From a virus: a stretch of 64,000 nucleotides of DNA. Position 1 is the first letter of the stretch, and each line of letters begins with the position of its first letter. The stretch is from the IMG/VR virus record IMGVR_UViG_3300020437_000004, positions 1 through 64,000 of that record. The stretch is one strand, 5' to 3'. The position numbers were made by a program, and so were the translations under genes. Below, one piece after another: positions 46,344 through 55,277 of the stretch. Below the pieces are notes generated by a model. It ran no database searches and was not told the DNA's origin. It saw only the letters and a list, made by a program, of their open reading frames with translations.

Positions 46344-47361
46344 GGCAAATAATAGACTATTAGTATTCCCTAGATCAAAACCGTATGGCGGAAGTCGCTC
46401 TGAGACCAGAGGCGACGTAACTTCTGCTGACGCTTATCCTACACAGGTGATTGATTACCTAAAACTTGACATTTATGATAGTCAAGAGAGTAATCCTTAC
46501 AATGAAATAGGTGGTGACTCAAATAATGTCATCGCTAACTCTATATATTTATACCTCCCTTCCAAACTTTCTGAGCAATTCAGTGCTAACTACACCAACC
46601 ATAAACTAGGTCAGGTTGGTAGTAACCTAGTGCAGATGGGTCAAGGTGGTATGGCAGGTGACGGTTTTACAGATAGTATTCAAGAAGCTGCAGATGCTGC
46701 AAAAGCACAACTTGGTTTTAAGATGGCAGGAGATGCTATCAATGCCGTTGTTGCTAAAACTGGTGGATCCAGTAGTTTGTCTGCTAACTCTCTTTCAGCA
46801 TTAACCCAAAAACGTGTCTTCAACCCCTACGAGGAGACTACATTTGAGGGTATGAATTATAGAAGACACAATTTTAACTTCAAACTAGTGCCTAAAAGTG
46901 CGAAAGACGTAGAAATGATCGGTGAGATCATTAAAACTCTTCGTATTGCTATGCTACCTGGCAGTAGTAAACAGAAATGGTTGACTATCCCTGATTTCTT
47001 CAAAATCAGTATAATTAGATATAGTGACGACGGTCAAACAGAAAAAATACAAACACCTGATAAAGAAGGTGGTGTGTTGCAGGATCTATACAGATTCCCA
47101 ACAAAACTAGTGCTAACAGATATGGGAATTGACTATTCACCTGATGGCAACTATGCCAGTCTCAAGTCATTCTTCGGTGAATCGAAAAACTTCTCTGAGT
47201 ATGATTATGGTCCTGTTAGTTATAACTTATCACTTACATTTAGCGAAACTGCTCTTCCAATCAAGAATTTCTACGATAAGAATTTCCAATACGACTCTGA
47301 AGGTGAATGGAATTGGGAAGATTGGGCAGGTGAAGGAGATTCAACTGAAACAAGCTCATGA
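46342..47361 (+). CDS. gp48: baseplate tail-tube cap
   Basis: IYLYLP, FNPYEETTFEGMNYRRHNFNFKLVPKS, LTFSET. Confidence 0.9.
   Translation: MANNRLLVFPRSKPYGGSRSETRGDVTSADAYPTQVIDYLKLDIYDSQESNPYNEIGGDSNNVIANSIYLYLPSKLSEQFSANYTNHKLGQVGSNLVQMGQGGMAGDGFTDSIQEAADAAKAQLGFKMAGDAINAVVAKTGGSSSLSANSLSALTQKRVFNPYEETTFEGMNYRRHNFNFKLVPKSAKDVEMIGEIIKTLRIAMLPGSSKQKWLTIPDFFKISIIRYSDDGQTEKIQTPDKEGGVLQDLYRFPTKLVLTDMGIDYSPDGNYASLKSFFGESKNFSEYDYGPVSYNLSLTFSETALPIKNFYDKNFQYDSEGEWNWEDWAGEGDSTETSS
46546..46553 (-). promoter_or_regulatory. T4 late promoter for gp4 (inside gp48, antisense)
   Basis: Exact TATAAATA on minus, ~200 nt upstream of the gp4 ATG. Confidence 0.55.
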
Positions 47362-48407
47362 GTCAATACTTTTCCTACTTACCTAACATCAAGGTCAGAA
47401 AGACTGGTTATCGTCAAGATAGCACGTCTCCCTATGTTAATGCGAAGAATATCTTCCGTAGAGTCAAAATTCGTGATGAGTTGGATGACATCATTTTAGG
47501 ATTTGAGAAATATTACATCAAAAACAGCGAAAGACCAGATCAACTCGCTCAGAAGTTTTACAATGATACTAAGTATGATTGGGTTATTCTACTTTGCAAC
47601 GAAATAACCAATCTATACAATGATTGGCCAATGAATGAATATGAGTTGACTGAGTATATTGTAAGGAAATACAATTTCACAAATCCCACTGATATTGGTA
47701 AAACTAGGCATTGGGTCACTAAAGAGGTCAAAAGAGACGGTAGAGTGTATCTGCAAGAGGACATGGAAGTGCCTCAAAACTTTGAATTTACCCTACCTGG
47801 CGGTGAAGTGATTCCACAGGCAGATCTTGTAAGACCCATTTCTTACTATCAACACGAAATGAGGCAAAATGAGCGAAAACGTCTTATTTACATTTTACGT
47901 CGAGAATACCTAGATGACTTTGTAGAGGAATTCTTCAGTTTGGTGTCTTATTTGCCAAACGACGAATTAGAGGTAGATATCTTTGGAAAGGAAACAAAGA
48001 CTACTTTCCGCACAGTCCAAGAAATCTTCAAACCGACGAAAAAGGAATATACGACCGAAATCGGAAAAACACCAAGTATCACATTCTTGGCACAACAGCA
48101 ACTTACGTCCAGAGTGTATACACCTGGCACAGGGTCTACAGTCAATGGCACGAATGTTGCATCAACATTGTCACCTTTCGATTCAGCAGGAGCGTTTACT
48201 GGGGATGGATCTACAACGACTGATCAAAATACTTACAGTAGTGGTAGTAGCAGTAGTAGTAGCTCGAGCAGTAGCTCTTCTTCTTCTAACTCAAGCTCTT
48301 CATCTTCTTCTTCTTCCTCCTCATCATCTTCTTCCTCCTCAGGATCCTCTGGGTCGTCAGGATCATCAGGATCAAGTGGCGGTGGATACTATGGAGGAGG
48401 TTACTAG
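47358..48407 (+). CDS. gp53: baseplate wedge subunit with Ser/Gly-rich tail
   Basis: MSQYFSYLP, RPDQLAQKFY...YDWVILL.N.I...YNDWP. Confidence 0.9.
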   Translation: MSQYFSYLPNIKVRKTGYRQDSTSPYVNAKNIFRRVKIRDELDDIILGFEKYYIKNSERPDQLAQKFYNDTKYDWVILLCNEITNLYNDWPMNEYELTEYIVRKYNFTNPTDIGKTRHWVTKEVKRDGRVYLQEDMEVPQNFEFTLPGGEVIPQADLVRPISYYQHEMRQNERKRLIYILRREYLDDFVEEFFSLVSYLPNDELEVDIFGKETKTTFRTVQEIFKPTKKEYTTEIGKTPSITFLAQQQLTSRVYTPGTGSTVNGTNVASTLSPFDSAGAFTGDGSTTTDQNTYSSGSSSSSSSSSSSSSSNSSSSSSSSSSSSSSSSSGSSGSSGSSGSSGGGYYGGGY

Positions 48408-48437
48408 GTATTAATACTTAACGCGACCCCCCAGACC

Positions 48438-48468
48438 AAAAAATACCCCGAATTTTTTTTCGGGGTAT
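48438..48468. terminator. terminator hairpin at the convergence of gp53 and the minus-strand block
   Basis: ATACCCCGAA-tttttt-TTCGGGGTAT stem, T-run on the minus side. Confidence 0.7.
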
Positions 48469-48494
48469 CTGTAACTGGAAAGTCGATTTTGGTT

Positions 48495-48740
48495 TCAGTT
48501 AATATAACCGTGCTGTTTTAAATATTGCAACGCATCCTTCAATCCACCCAAAGGTTTACTACCTAGGGCAATCTGAGGGTAGTGAGCATCACCTCCGAAT
48601 TCCATTTGGAATTGTTGCTTTGTAAAGTCTTCATCAAGGAAATATTCTCGAAAGTTACATCCTAGTGCCTTTAAAAGTTGTGCTGCCCTCTCACACTCCT
48701 GACTTTTGTTAGAGTAGATGGTTGCAATATTCATTGTCAT
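48495..48740 (-). CDS. glutaredoxin-like protein (no CxxC)
   Basis: IYS..SQECERA, F..EFG.DA.YPQI. Confidence 0.7.
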   Translation of the reverse strand: MTMNIATIYSNKSQECERAAQLLKALGCNFREYFLDEDFTKQQFQMEFGGDAHYPQIALGSKPLGGLKDALQYLKQHGYIN

Positions 48741-48961
48741 GGTTTGTGTGCTGCAAACTTGTCATGATTACCGTCGCCTGGCATCTTACCAAAGGCAACG
48801 TATTCGATTGCTTGCTTCGATCCCTCTAGTCTTTTGAGATCGCTTTCGTTTTTCACATACTCTTCGTATGCTTCTTTCAACTCTTCGTTTCTTGCGGAGA
48901 GTTGCATTGTCCTCTTCGTAAAACGTTGGAGGAGTTGCTCATAAGATTCAACTGATTTCAT
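48737..48961 (-). CDS. hypothetical coiled-coil protein
   Basis: 74-aa ORF. Confidence 0.7.
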   Translation of the reverse strand: MKSVESYEQLLQRFTKRTMQLSARNEELKEAYEEYVKNESDLKRLEGSKQAIEYVAFGKMPGDGNHDKFAAHKP

Positions 48962-49431
48962 TCACCTAATCTGTGGATAACAGGTTTTTCGTTTTTCAAT
49001 ATATTATATAGTTTCATACACTCTGCACATGATACAGGATAAAACTCTGCAGAGGGATCAAACCCATCGTATCTCTTTGCTTGATTGATAACTATAGATC
49101 CATTCTCTCCTGACACTGACCTGTGAAATGTGCCACGAGGTATGATCAATGCACCACTATGCACATCAAGGTGCACTATATGGTATGGGAATTTCCATTC
49201 CTCATTGACCAACTCAAACATCCTTGTCCCTGAGACTACTCTATTGTAGTCATCTTGGAAAGAATGAATATAGAATTGCTTACCTCCCACACAATCAGGT
49301 GGGGGTGACTGAGCAGGTCCTTCATGGACTACTAAGTCAGCAGCATTGGATTCATCTACTGATATGTCATAAAAAATAACACCGTCTGTTTCTCTAAACA
49401 CACGGTGTTTTTTAAAATGTATGTCACTCAT
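48958..49431 (-). CDS. conserved cupin-fold hypothetical protein
   Basis: FYIHSFQDDYNRV, LIIPRGTFHRS. Confidence 0.7.
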   Translation of the reverse strand: MSDIHFKKHRVFRETDGVIFYDISVDESNAADLVVHEGPAQSPPPDCVGGKQFYIHSFQDDYNRVVSGTRMFELVNEEWKFPYHIVHLDVHSGALIIPRGTFHRSVSGENGSIVINQAKRYDGFDPSAEFYPVSCAECMKLYNILKNEKPVIHRLGE

Positions 49432-49888
49432 GTGACCGCCACTCCTTCCTCATCTTTTTATATGTATCGTTGTTAGCAACGATGTCTCTAACTTTCTTAA
49501 AGATCTTTGCAGACTTTGCATACTTACTGGTAGCATGGTCTTCTTCTTGTGGTCTCACGTTACCATCATCGTCATACTTTTTACCAGAGTTATGGTTTGC
49601 GTAACGACGTGCTCTTGTGAAACCCATCTCCAAAAACTTACGACACATGTCCATGCCTATAAAATCTTCTTCGTCTCTGTAATCTAGATACATTGCGAAG
49701 ATTTTATTCGCAGACTCTACTGCAATCTCTGGAGTCTTAAATCTCCAATGAGCACATATGTCGTTAGTATAAGGGCGTACCAGTAAAACTCCTTGCTCCC
49801 CCCTTCCAATGCGATAAAGCATCCGAGTTTCTGTATCTGTAAAGTCAAGAGTCTTGTAATCGAGGTCATAATCAAACTCTTTCATCAA
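49424..49888 (-). CDS. DUF4385-like protein
   Basis: YRIGRGEQGVLLVRPY, DMCRKFLEMGFTRARRYANH. Confidence 0.8.
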   Translation of the reverse strand: MMKEFDYDLDYKTLDFTDTETRMLYRIGRGEQGVLLVRPYTNDICAHWRFKTPEIAVESANKIFAMYLDYRDEEDFIGMDMCRKFLEMGFTRARRYANHNSGKKYDDDGNVRPQEEDHATSKYAKSAKIFKKVRDIVANNDTYKKMRKEWRSHE

Positions 49889-50346
49889 CCCCCATCAACT
49901 TCACAACCTGCGATGGCACCACTAACGATACCAAGAGGGATAGACCAGATATAAGCATCTGATTCAGAGATAGCACCTGCTACACCGCCACCAAGGATAC
50001 CGCCTAAAACGGCACCCTCTGAGCAGTCGTTTGTGTCTTCCTCTCGTGGGACAGGGACAGCACGAGGACCGTTGTCCCTATATGGTGGTCTCCAATATCT
50101 GTCTCCATAACAGGGGACAGCGACAGTCTTGCGTTTGTAGTCAACGTAGCCAGGACTATCTGAGGTGCCAGGAATATATACTTCCTTATATCGTTGCTCA
50201 TAGCATGTGCGAGAGCGAGATCCAGACCACCCACGATACTCACGCTCACCAGTAGTAGGATTGATTGATCCGTTGTGGTGTGCGAAAGCAGTAGTCGGAG
50301 TGGTGATGACACCCAGAAGTGTCATGGCAGTTAACATTGACTTCAT
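49885..50346 (-). CDS. secreted glycine-zipper protein
   Basis: Signal peptide ending AFA; C-terminal GAVLGGILGGGVAG...GIVSGAIAG. Confidence 0.7.
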   Translation of the reverse strand: MKSMLTAMTLLGVITTPTTAFAHHNGSINPTTGEREYRGWSGSRSRTCYEQRYKEVYIPGTSDSPGYVDYKRKTVAVPCYGDRYWRPPYRDNGPRAVPVPREEDTNDCSEGAVLGGILGGGVAGAISESDAYIWSIPLGIVSGAIAGCEVDGG

Positions 50347-51240
50347 TTAGTCTTCTTCGGCAAGTTTAGCAAAGTAGGAAAGGTCTACGTCCTCATCCTT
50401 CTGTAATGATTCTACCTTATCTCCAAACCCTGTGCGAAGATCAGGGACACTTTGTGAAGTGTCTTCCTCTTCGTAAGTCTCAGGGTCAGGACGCTTAGGT
50501 GTAACCTTAAGCACAGAATTGAGACGTGCTTCCAATTCTTCGTAAGATTTAAACTGTGATGGGTTGGTAAAGTCCTTAAGACTATAAGATTGTTTCCAAA
50601 CTGCTTCCAACTCAGCGTCAGTCATCTTACCAAGAGTAGATGGGTTAGCAAACCCACTCTTATCATAATTCCAGAAACCTGCAACCTTACAGATCTTCAG
50701 ACGGAAGTCCGCACCATTCCAAAGATCGAATGGATTGATTGCTTGCTCGTCTTCAAACTCAGGTTGTGCAGCAGCGACGATCTTGTCATGAATCTTCTTA
50801 CCATACTTGTAGAGGAAGACCTTGCCCTCATTCTCAGGATTCATTTCATCCTTAACAACATAGATGTTGCTGTAGTATGAGAGTTTACGCTTCTGCTTTC
50901 GTGCAATTTCCTTGTCAGAATCGTTGCCACTATTCCACAACTCTCGGTTGAGGTCAGAGACAGGATCCTTTTGTCCTAGAGTAGTCAAACTATTTTCAAT
51001 ATACCATCCACCAGGACCTTGGAAGGCATGACTCCAAACCTGTGCCCAAGGAAGGTCTTCCCCATCAGGCTCTGGAAGGAATCGAATAACAGCATACCCA
51101 TTACCGCTCTTGTCAAGAGTTGGTTTCCATAGACGCTCATCAACTTGAGCACTGCCCGCAGGCTTTTGTAGTTTCTCAATCTCCTTTGTAAGTTTTGCAA
51201 AGGAAGATCCAGAAGACTTCTTGAGTGATGCAAATGACAT
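50347..51240 (-). CDS. gp32: single-stranded DNA-binding protein
   Basis: MSFASLKK, D.SGNGYAVIRFLP, WYIENSLTTLGQKDPV, acidic tail; start reassigned to the ATG at 51240 (GGAG SD). Confidence 0.95.
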   Translation of the reverse strand: MSFASLKKSSGSSFAKLTKEIEKLQKPAGSAQVDERLWKPTLDKSGNGYAVIRFLPEPDGEDLPWAQVWSHAFQGPGGWYIENSLTTLGQKDPVSDLNRELWNSGNDSDKEIARKQKRKLSYYSNIYVVKDEMNPENEGKVFLYKYGKKIHDKIVAAAQPEFEDEQAINPFDLWNGADFRLKICKVAGFWNYDKSGFANPSTLGKMTDAELEAVWKQSYSLKDFTNPSQFKSYEELEARLNSVLKVTPKRPDPETYEEEDTSQSVPDLRTGFGDKVESLQKDEDVDLSYFAKLAEED

Positions 51241-51296
51241 TTTTGTATTCTCCGTGTTTGTATTTGGCATTAGTGCCACCATTCATGGTGACATAC

Positions 51297-51318
51297 TATT
51301 TAGGTCTTGTCAAGACCT
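51297..51318 (-). promoter_or_regulatory. gp32 late promoter with adjacent palindrome
   Basis: CTAAATA at 51297-51303 overlapping AGGTCTTG-T-CAAGACCT at 51302-51318. Confidence 0.5.
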
Positions 51319-51452
51319 TGTGTTTTATTCCTGATAATTATATTCTCTCCATCATGTGTGAAAATAATCTCGTCATCGGGATCCCAAAGTAACTCCTCCA
51401 TGACATCATTCAAACGTTTCATGTCTTCCCATAGTTGATCAGGATTCGGCAT
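51300..51452 (-). CDS. conserved cyanophage hypothetical protein (not in ORF track)
   Basis: MPNPDQLWEDMKRLNDVMEELLWDPDDEIIFTHDG..., 50 aa. Confidence 0.7.
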   Translation of the reverse strand: MPNPDQLWEDMKRLNDVMEELLWDPDDEIIFTHDGENIIIRNKTQGLDKT

Positions 51453-51798
51453 TGTTTAACTCCTTCTTCCATCCTAACAATTTATCTTCCATAACTTGTA
51501 GCACAGACATGAGATCCATACCACCTGTCGTCTTCATTGATAGTGTGTCTACTCTGTCCTTAATATATGCAACAGACTCATCGCTATCATCTTCATGTGA
51601 TGCGAGTGCTAGTCGTGCATAAAATAACTTCTGTTTAGCAATCAACTCTAGCGTCTTGTTGATGTGCTCAATTCTTTTCTTGACATCATACTCTGCAAAA
51701 CCTGCAGACATCTTTAGCAAGTCAGTGTAACATACTTGGATGTCTTCGAGTGACTCTCTTACTTGATCGCTGTGGAAAAATTCTTCTTTCTTGGTCAT
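51439..51798 (-). CDS. conserved cyanophage protein (DUF1825-like)
   Basis: FF.SDQVRESL, LI.KQKLFYARL.L; synteny upstream of gp32. Confidence 0.65.
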   Translation of the reverse strand: MTKKEEFFHSDQVRESLEDIQVCYTDLLKMSAGFAEYDVKKRIEHINKTLELIAKQKLFYARLALASHEDDSDESVAYIKDRVDTLSMKTTGGMDLMSVLQVMEDKLLGWKKELNNAES

Positions 51799-52040
51799 AG
51801 TGGGAGGACACCTCTTGAGGTGCGTTTAACGTAATTAAGTTGTTGAGCATCCCATTTGATTTTATCTTTCAATGGTCGAGAGATCAGTTTATTAACAACT
51901 TCAATCTCTATTCCATACTCTTCACATACTGTAGTGACTGCTTCAATATAATTTAGCAGTCCTTCACTGTCTTTAACAAGGTTTTCTACCAGTGAAGTAA
52001 ATTTACCTTGTGTCATAAATTCCTTTTCAATATCATTCAT
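51795..52040 (-). CDS. gp33: late transcription coactivator
   Basis: YIEAVTTVCEEYGIEIE...KLIS.PLK.KI...A. Confidence 0.9.
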   Translation of the reverse strand: MNDIEKEFMTQGKFTSLVENLVKDSEGLLNYIEAVTTVCEEYGIEIEVVNKLISRPLKDKIKWDAQQLNYVKRTSRGVLPL

Positions 52041-52663
52041 TTGGTGACCTCCACATACATGCGAGAGACTCCACCAGATTCAATGAGACCTGAGGGAAAT
52101 GCATTCGCTGCAATAGTCATGCGGGGTCCATTAGTGGTGTTAGGTTGTGCGTAATGCCTTATAGTAGGAGGGAAACAGATAAACTTACCTGCCTCTGTAG
52201 GCTCCTCATGCATTATGTGGTATTTTGTGTCCGTATAATCTCCAAAAGGTGAGATGTTAGTATTACTATACCACGGATTCGGCAAAAGCCAAACTGTTTT
52301 ATCTTGTGGCAAACCAGATGCATAATAATTACTGCTTAGGAAACAGTTAGGATGCGTGTGGTCAAAGAAATGATCACCAGGATCATTCTTGTTTGCCCAT
52401 GACGATACAAATTTAAAAGAGGTAGCGTTGGGTGCTATCTCTTTCCTTACTTCTTCCAGACATTCATTCATCCATGAAAATAAATCAGCAAACTGTGGTA
52501 GATCATGTAACTGTTTACCTGTCCCACGAGCATTAATACCTGCCCAGATCCAGTTAAAATCATTACGTTTCCACTGTAAGTTTTCTAATTCATATGCAAC
52601 CTTCTCTACGTCGCCAGGATAATAGAAGCGAAAGAAGGGGATGCCTAGAAAAGTATCTTTCAT
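52037..52663 (-). CDS. Fe(II)/2OG oxygenase (TIGR02466-like)
   Basis: SWAN...DHTHPN, FPPTIRH, RMTIAAN. Confidence 0.85.
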   Translation of the reverse strand: MKDTFLGIPFFRFYYPGDVEKVAYELENLQWKRNDFNWIWAGINARGTGKQLHDLPQFADLFSWMNECLEEVRKEIAPNATSFKFVSSWANKNDPGDHFFDHTHPNCFLSSNYYASGLPQDKTVWLLPNPWYSNTNISPFGDYTDTKYHIMHEEPTEAGKFICFPPTIRHYAQPNTTNGPRMTIAANAFPSGLIESGGVSRMYVEVTK

Positions 52664-53334
52664 TGACGAGATTCAATATACTGTCTGTATTCTTTAATGT
52701 AATCAAGAAGTTTGTTGATATACTTCTCTTTATCATATCTCTGCTCGACTTGCATCTCGCCAGACTCTGATACAGATATTGTAACTAACTTGTCAACCTC
52801 AATGCCAGTGTGCTCGTAATACATGTAAGCATAAGCACTACACTGCACGAAATAGTTTTCCAACCACTCAGGTTTTTTCAATTCCTTTGTGGTTTTGAAA
52901 TCAATTACAGCAAGCTCGCCATCAAACTGAGCAAGGCAATCAACACGGCCAGCGAGATATAGATTGCGAGAAAATAAAGGGGCTTCAATAAGATGAATAT
53001 CAGTGATCCGATCAAGATCCTTACGAGCAGCCCTAAAAAGGTACGAGGTAAGACCCTCGCCTTGCGTACGATTTTCCACATCTTCATTTCTTAGATACTT
53101 TTCTACTAGGTTGTGATACTTGGTGCCTCTCCAAGAAGATTTCATACGAATCTTCTCTGCCTCGTGGTATCCGACACGCTTCTGCCACTCAAGGATACCT
53201 GCCTTAGATTGATGACCGATAACTGTGGTGACAGATGGCACCCACACCTTGTCAAGTTTGTAGAATCTTCCCTGCTCTAGGGTGCGTGATTCTAACTCAA
53301 GGATCTCACAAGGAGGTCCTACATGATTAAACAT
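52660..53334 (-). CDS. PD-(D/E)XK exonuclease
   Basis: PSVTTV, RGT..H, AGRVDCLA, IDFKT, Y..Q..AY. Confidence 0.9.
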   Translation of the reverse strand: MFNHVGPPCEILELESRTLEQGRFYKLDKVWVPSVTTVIGHQSKAGILEWQKRVGYHEAEKIRMKSSWRGTKYHNLVEKYLRNEDVENRTQGEGLTSYLFRAARKDLDRITDIHLIEAPLFSRNLYLAGRVDCLAQFDGELAVIDFKTTKELKKPEWLENYFVQCSAYAYMYYEHTGIEVDKLVTISVSESGEMQVEQRYDKEKYINKLLDYIKEYRQYIESRQ

Positions 53335-53340
53335 AATTAA

Positions 53341-54081
53341 TTAATATCCAAGAGATAATTTGCTAACGAGATACTCTTTCACGAGACCTGACCTTACTAT
53401 ATCATCAATACCAAACTCTACGCAAGTAAATGATGGCATTTGCTTAAGAATTCTAAGGAAGTCTAGGATACCTTCTCTCTCATTAGATTTTGTCAAGTCT
53501 GACTGAAAGTAATCACCACAAAAAATAATTTTGCAGTCTTCTCCAACACGAGTGATAATAGAATCTAACTCGTGGAAGTTTAGGTTTGAAAACTCATCAA
53601 CAAGAATGATAGAGTTATCAAATGTGGTGCCTCTAATAAAAGAGGTTGACCAGAATGAAATAGTTTCTTGTGCTCTAAGATTAGAATACAATGCTTCAAA
53701 ACTATTGTCATCAGGCATCTCAAACATATACTTCACCATATTTTTATATGGAATTTGATATAGGTTTGATTTGTCTTCATGATCACCTGGCAAGAAACCA
53801 ATCTCCCTTGTAGGGACGAGTGACCTTACCATGTAAACCTTCTCATACTTTGATGCAGGGTCAAGACATTGTTTCAATGCAAGATACAAAGAGATGAATG
53901 TCTTACCTGTCCCTGCTGCACCATGGAGCACTAGATTCTGTCCCTTACCATATGCTTCCCAGATCTTCTCCTGATTCTCTGTGAGTGGCTCGATGGTTTT
54001 AAGGTGCTCAAGGTTGATAGGTTTCTTCCTTCGCAATACCTTGGTTGGGATATTTGCTAGTGACTTCTTTGGTCTAGGCAT
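53341..54081 (-). CDS. phoH: PhoH-like ATPase
   Basis: GAAGTGKT, IGFLPG, FIRGTT, DEFSN, DIVRSGLV. Confidence 0.95.
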   Translation of the reverse strand: MPRPKKSLANIPTKVLRRKKPINLEHLKTIEPLTENQEKIWEAYGKGQNLVLHGAAGTGKTFISLYLALKQCLDPASKYEKVYMVRSLVPTREIGFLPGDHEDKSNLYQIPYKNMVKYMFEMPDDNSFEALYSNLRAQETISFWSTSFIRGTTFDNSIILVDEFSNLNFHELDSIITRVGEDCKIIFCGDYFQSDLTKSNEREGILDFLRILKQMPSFTCVEFGIDDIVRSGLVKEYLVSKLSLGY

Positions 54082-54311
54082 TAGGTGTATTGACTAAGGT
54101 TTGCTTTAGGGTGTGCTGCTTGGACTTTAGACATGACTTCTTTGAAACCATCAGACTGTTTAGGTTTGCCGTAGGTTGTGCCTGCGACACCTTTTGACCA
54201 GTCTTTATCCCAATCGGGATTGTCTTTTCTCCATTGATCGTATTCCGCCATGGTCATACGAAACTCTTTCTCTTCACCTGTCTCTCTGTGTTTTACATTG
54301 TAGGTTGGCAT
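54081..54311 (-). CDS. conserved cyanophage hypothetical protein (FmdB-like N-terminus)
   Basis: MPTYNVKHRETGEEKE...; start reassigned to MPTY, which is coupled to thyX. Confidence 0.7.
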   Translation of the reverse strand: MPTYNVKHRETGEEKEFRMTMAEYDQWRKDNPDWDKDWSKGVAGTTYGKPKQSDGFKEVMSKVQAAHPKANLSQYT

Positions 54312-55006
54312 TAGTCTATCCTCAAACATGGTTGGATGTCATCCCATCCTTCGGGACAACCGCAGTCTTCGCACCATTCAAGTGCTTTAGAGACGATAGG
54401 GAATTGACACATGAATACTTTTTTACAAGCATTTGCAATGTCCATGTGCTCTTTTTGTGTGCCATTAGCAGACCTCAATTCAATATAATGAATCCATGAT
54501 CGGACTGATCCTGTCATGTAGATTCTGGTTGGTGTTGCCAAAGGCAATACCATTCTAGCACACTCTTTAGCAATTCCGTGTCTCAACAACTCATTATATA
54601 GATCAACTCCTTCGTTAAAATACTGTGCAATCCTACCCTGCAGGAAATACTTCTCCTTTTGTGGCACATCATCAATACTATTCTGTCTATTCTTACTGTC
54701 TTGACGACGTAGATCAGGGACAGGGATCTCACCTAGCAGATTAGTATCAGCATATCTCTGTGAGAACTCTTGAAATGTGAAGCTACGATGCCTCAGAATT
54801 TGAGCTGCGATTGCTCTTGTAGTATTGATCTCAAGTGTCAAACTTGCCTGCTCAAATACAGACCAATGATTATGTTTGATGCAATAAGATAGAAGTCCTT
54901 CTACCTTTGGATTGTCTTGATTGTTTGGGTTGCTTACTCTCGCAATGTAACCCATTGTTTTTTCTGCCTCAGGTGTGACGCTTACGAGACAAACTTTATT
55001 AGTCAT
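54311..55006 (-). CDS. thyX: flavin-dependent thymidylate synthase
   Basis: HWSVFE, QILRHRSFTFQEFSQRY, ECARMVLP, R......Q.EH. Confidence 0.95.
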   Translation of the reverse strand: MTNKVCLVSVTPEAEKTMGYIARVSNPNNQDNPKVEGLLSYCIKHNHWSVFEQASLTLEINTTRAIAAQILRHRSFTFQEFSQRYADTNLLGEIPVPDLRRQDSKNRQNSIDDVPQKEKYFLQGRIAQYFNEGVDLYNELLRHGIAKECARMVLPLATPTRIYMTGSVRSWIHYIELRSANGTQKEHMDIANACKKVFMCQFPIVSKALEWCEDCGCPEGWDDIQPCLRID

Positions 55007-55277
55007 GCTTAAAAATTAGACGTGCCATTACTAGTAAACCAAATGATTTCAAGTAACCCAATACAGGTAGTCCAAACGTGCCAACCATGATCCAATTCCA
55101 GAAGAACATAAAAACAAGAGGAGATATAAACAGTGCACCCAATGCAGCAGCGACCTTACGTCCTACTGTTTCGTTGTCCATTGCTTTAATCTTCTCTGTC
55201 CACTCCTCTACAGTCTCTGCAGGAGCAGGAGTTTCTTCAATTTTTTTTGCTTTTCTTGGATCGATATAGACGCTCAA
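54999..55277 (-). CDS. membrane protein
   Basis: Two hydrophobic helices. Confidence 0.7.
   Translation of the reverse strand: MSVYIDPRKAKKIEETPAPAETVEEWTEKIKAMDNETVGRKVAAALGALFISPLVFMFFWNWIMVGTFGLPVLGYLKSFGLLVMARLIFKHD

Noticed and set aside
48237-48400. Ser-rich tract as a phase-variable microsatellite
   Set aside because: Mixed codons and in-frame trinucleotide units cannot switch the reading frame.
51241-51282. N-terminal extension of gp32 (MVALMPNTNTENTK)
   Set aside because: The MSFASLKK start has a GGAG SD and matches the cyanophage gp32 N-terminus; the upstream sequence is better explained as a structured leader.
54311-55006. Intron, intein or homing endonuclease in thyX or other core genes
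   Set aside because: The ORFs are continuous and of normal length, and no HNH, GIY-YIG or LAGLIDADG motifs were seen.
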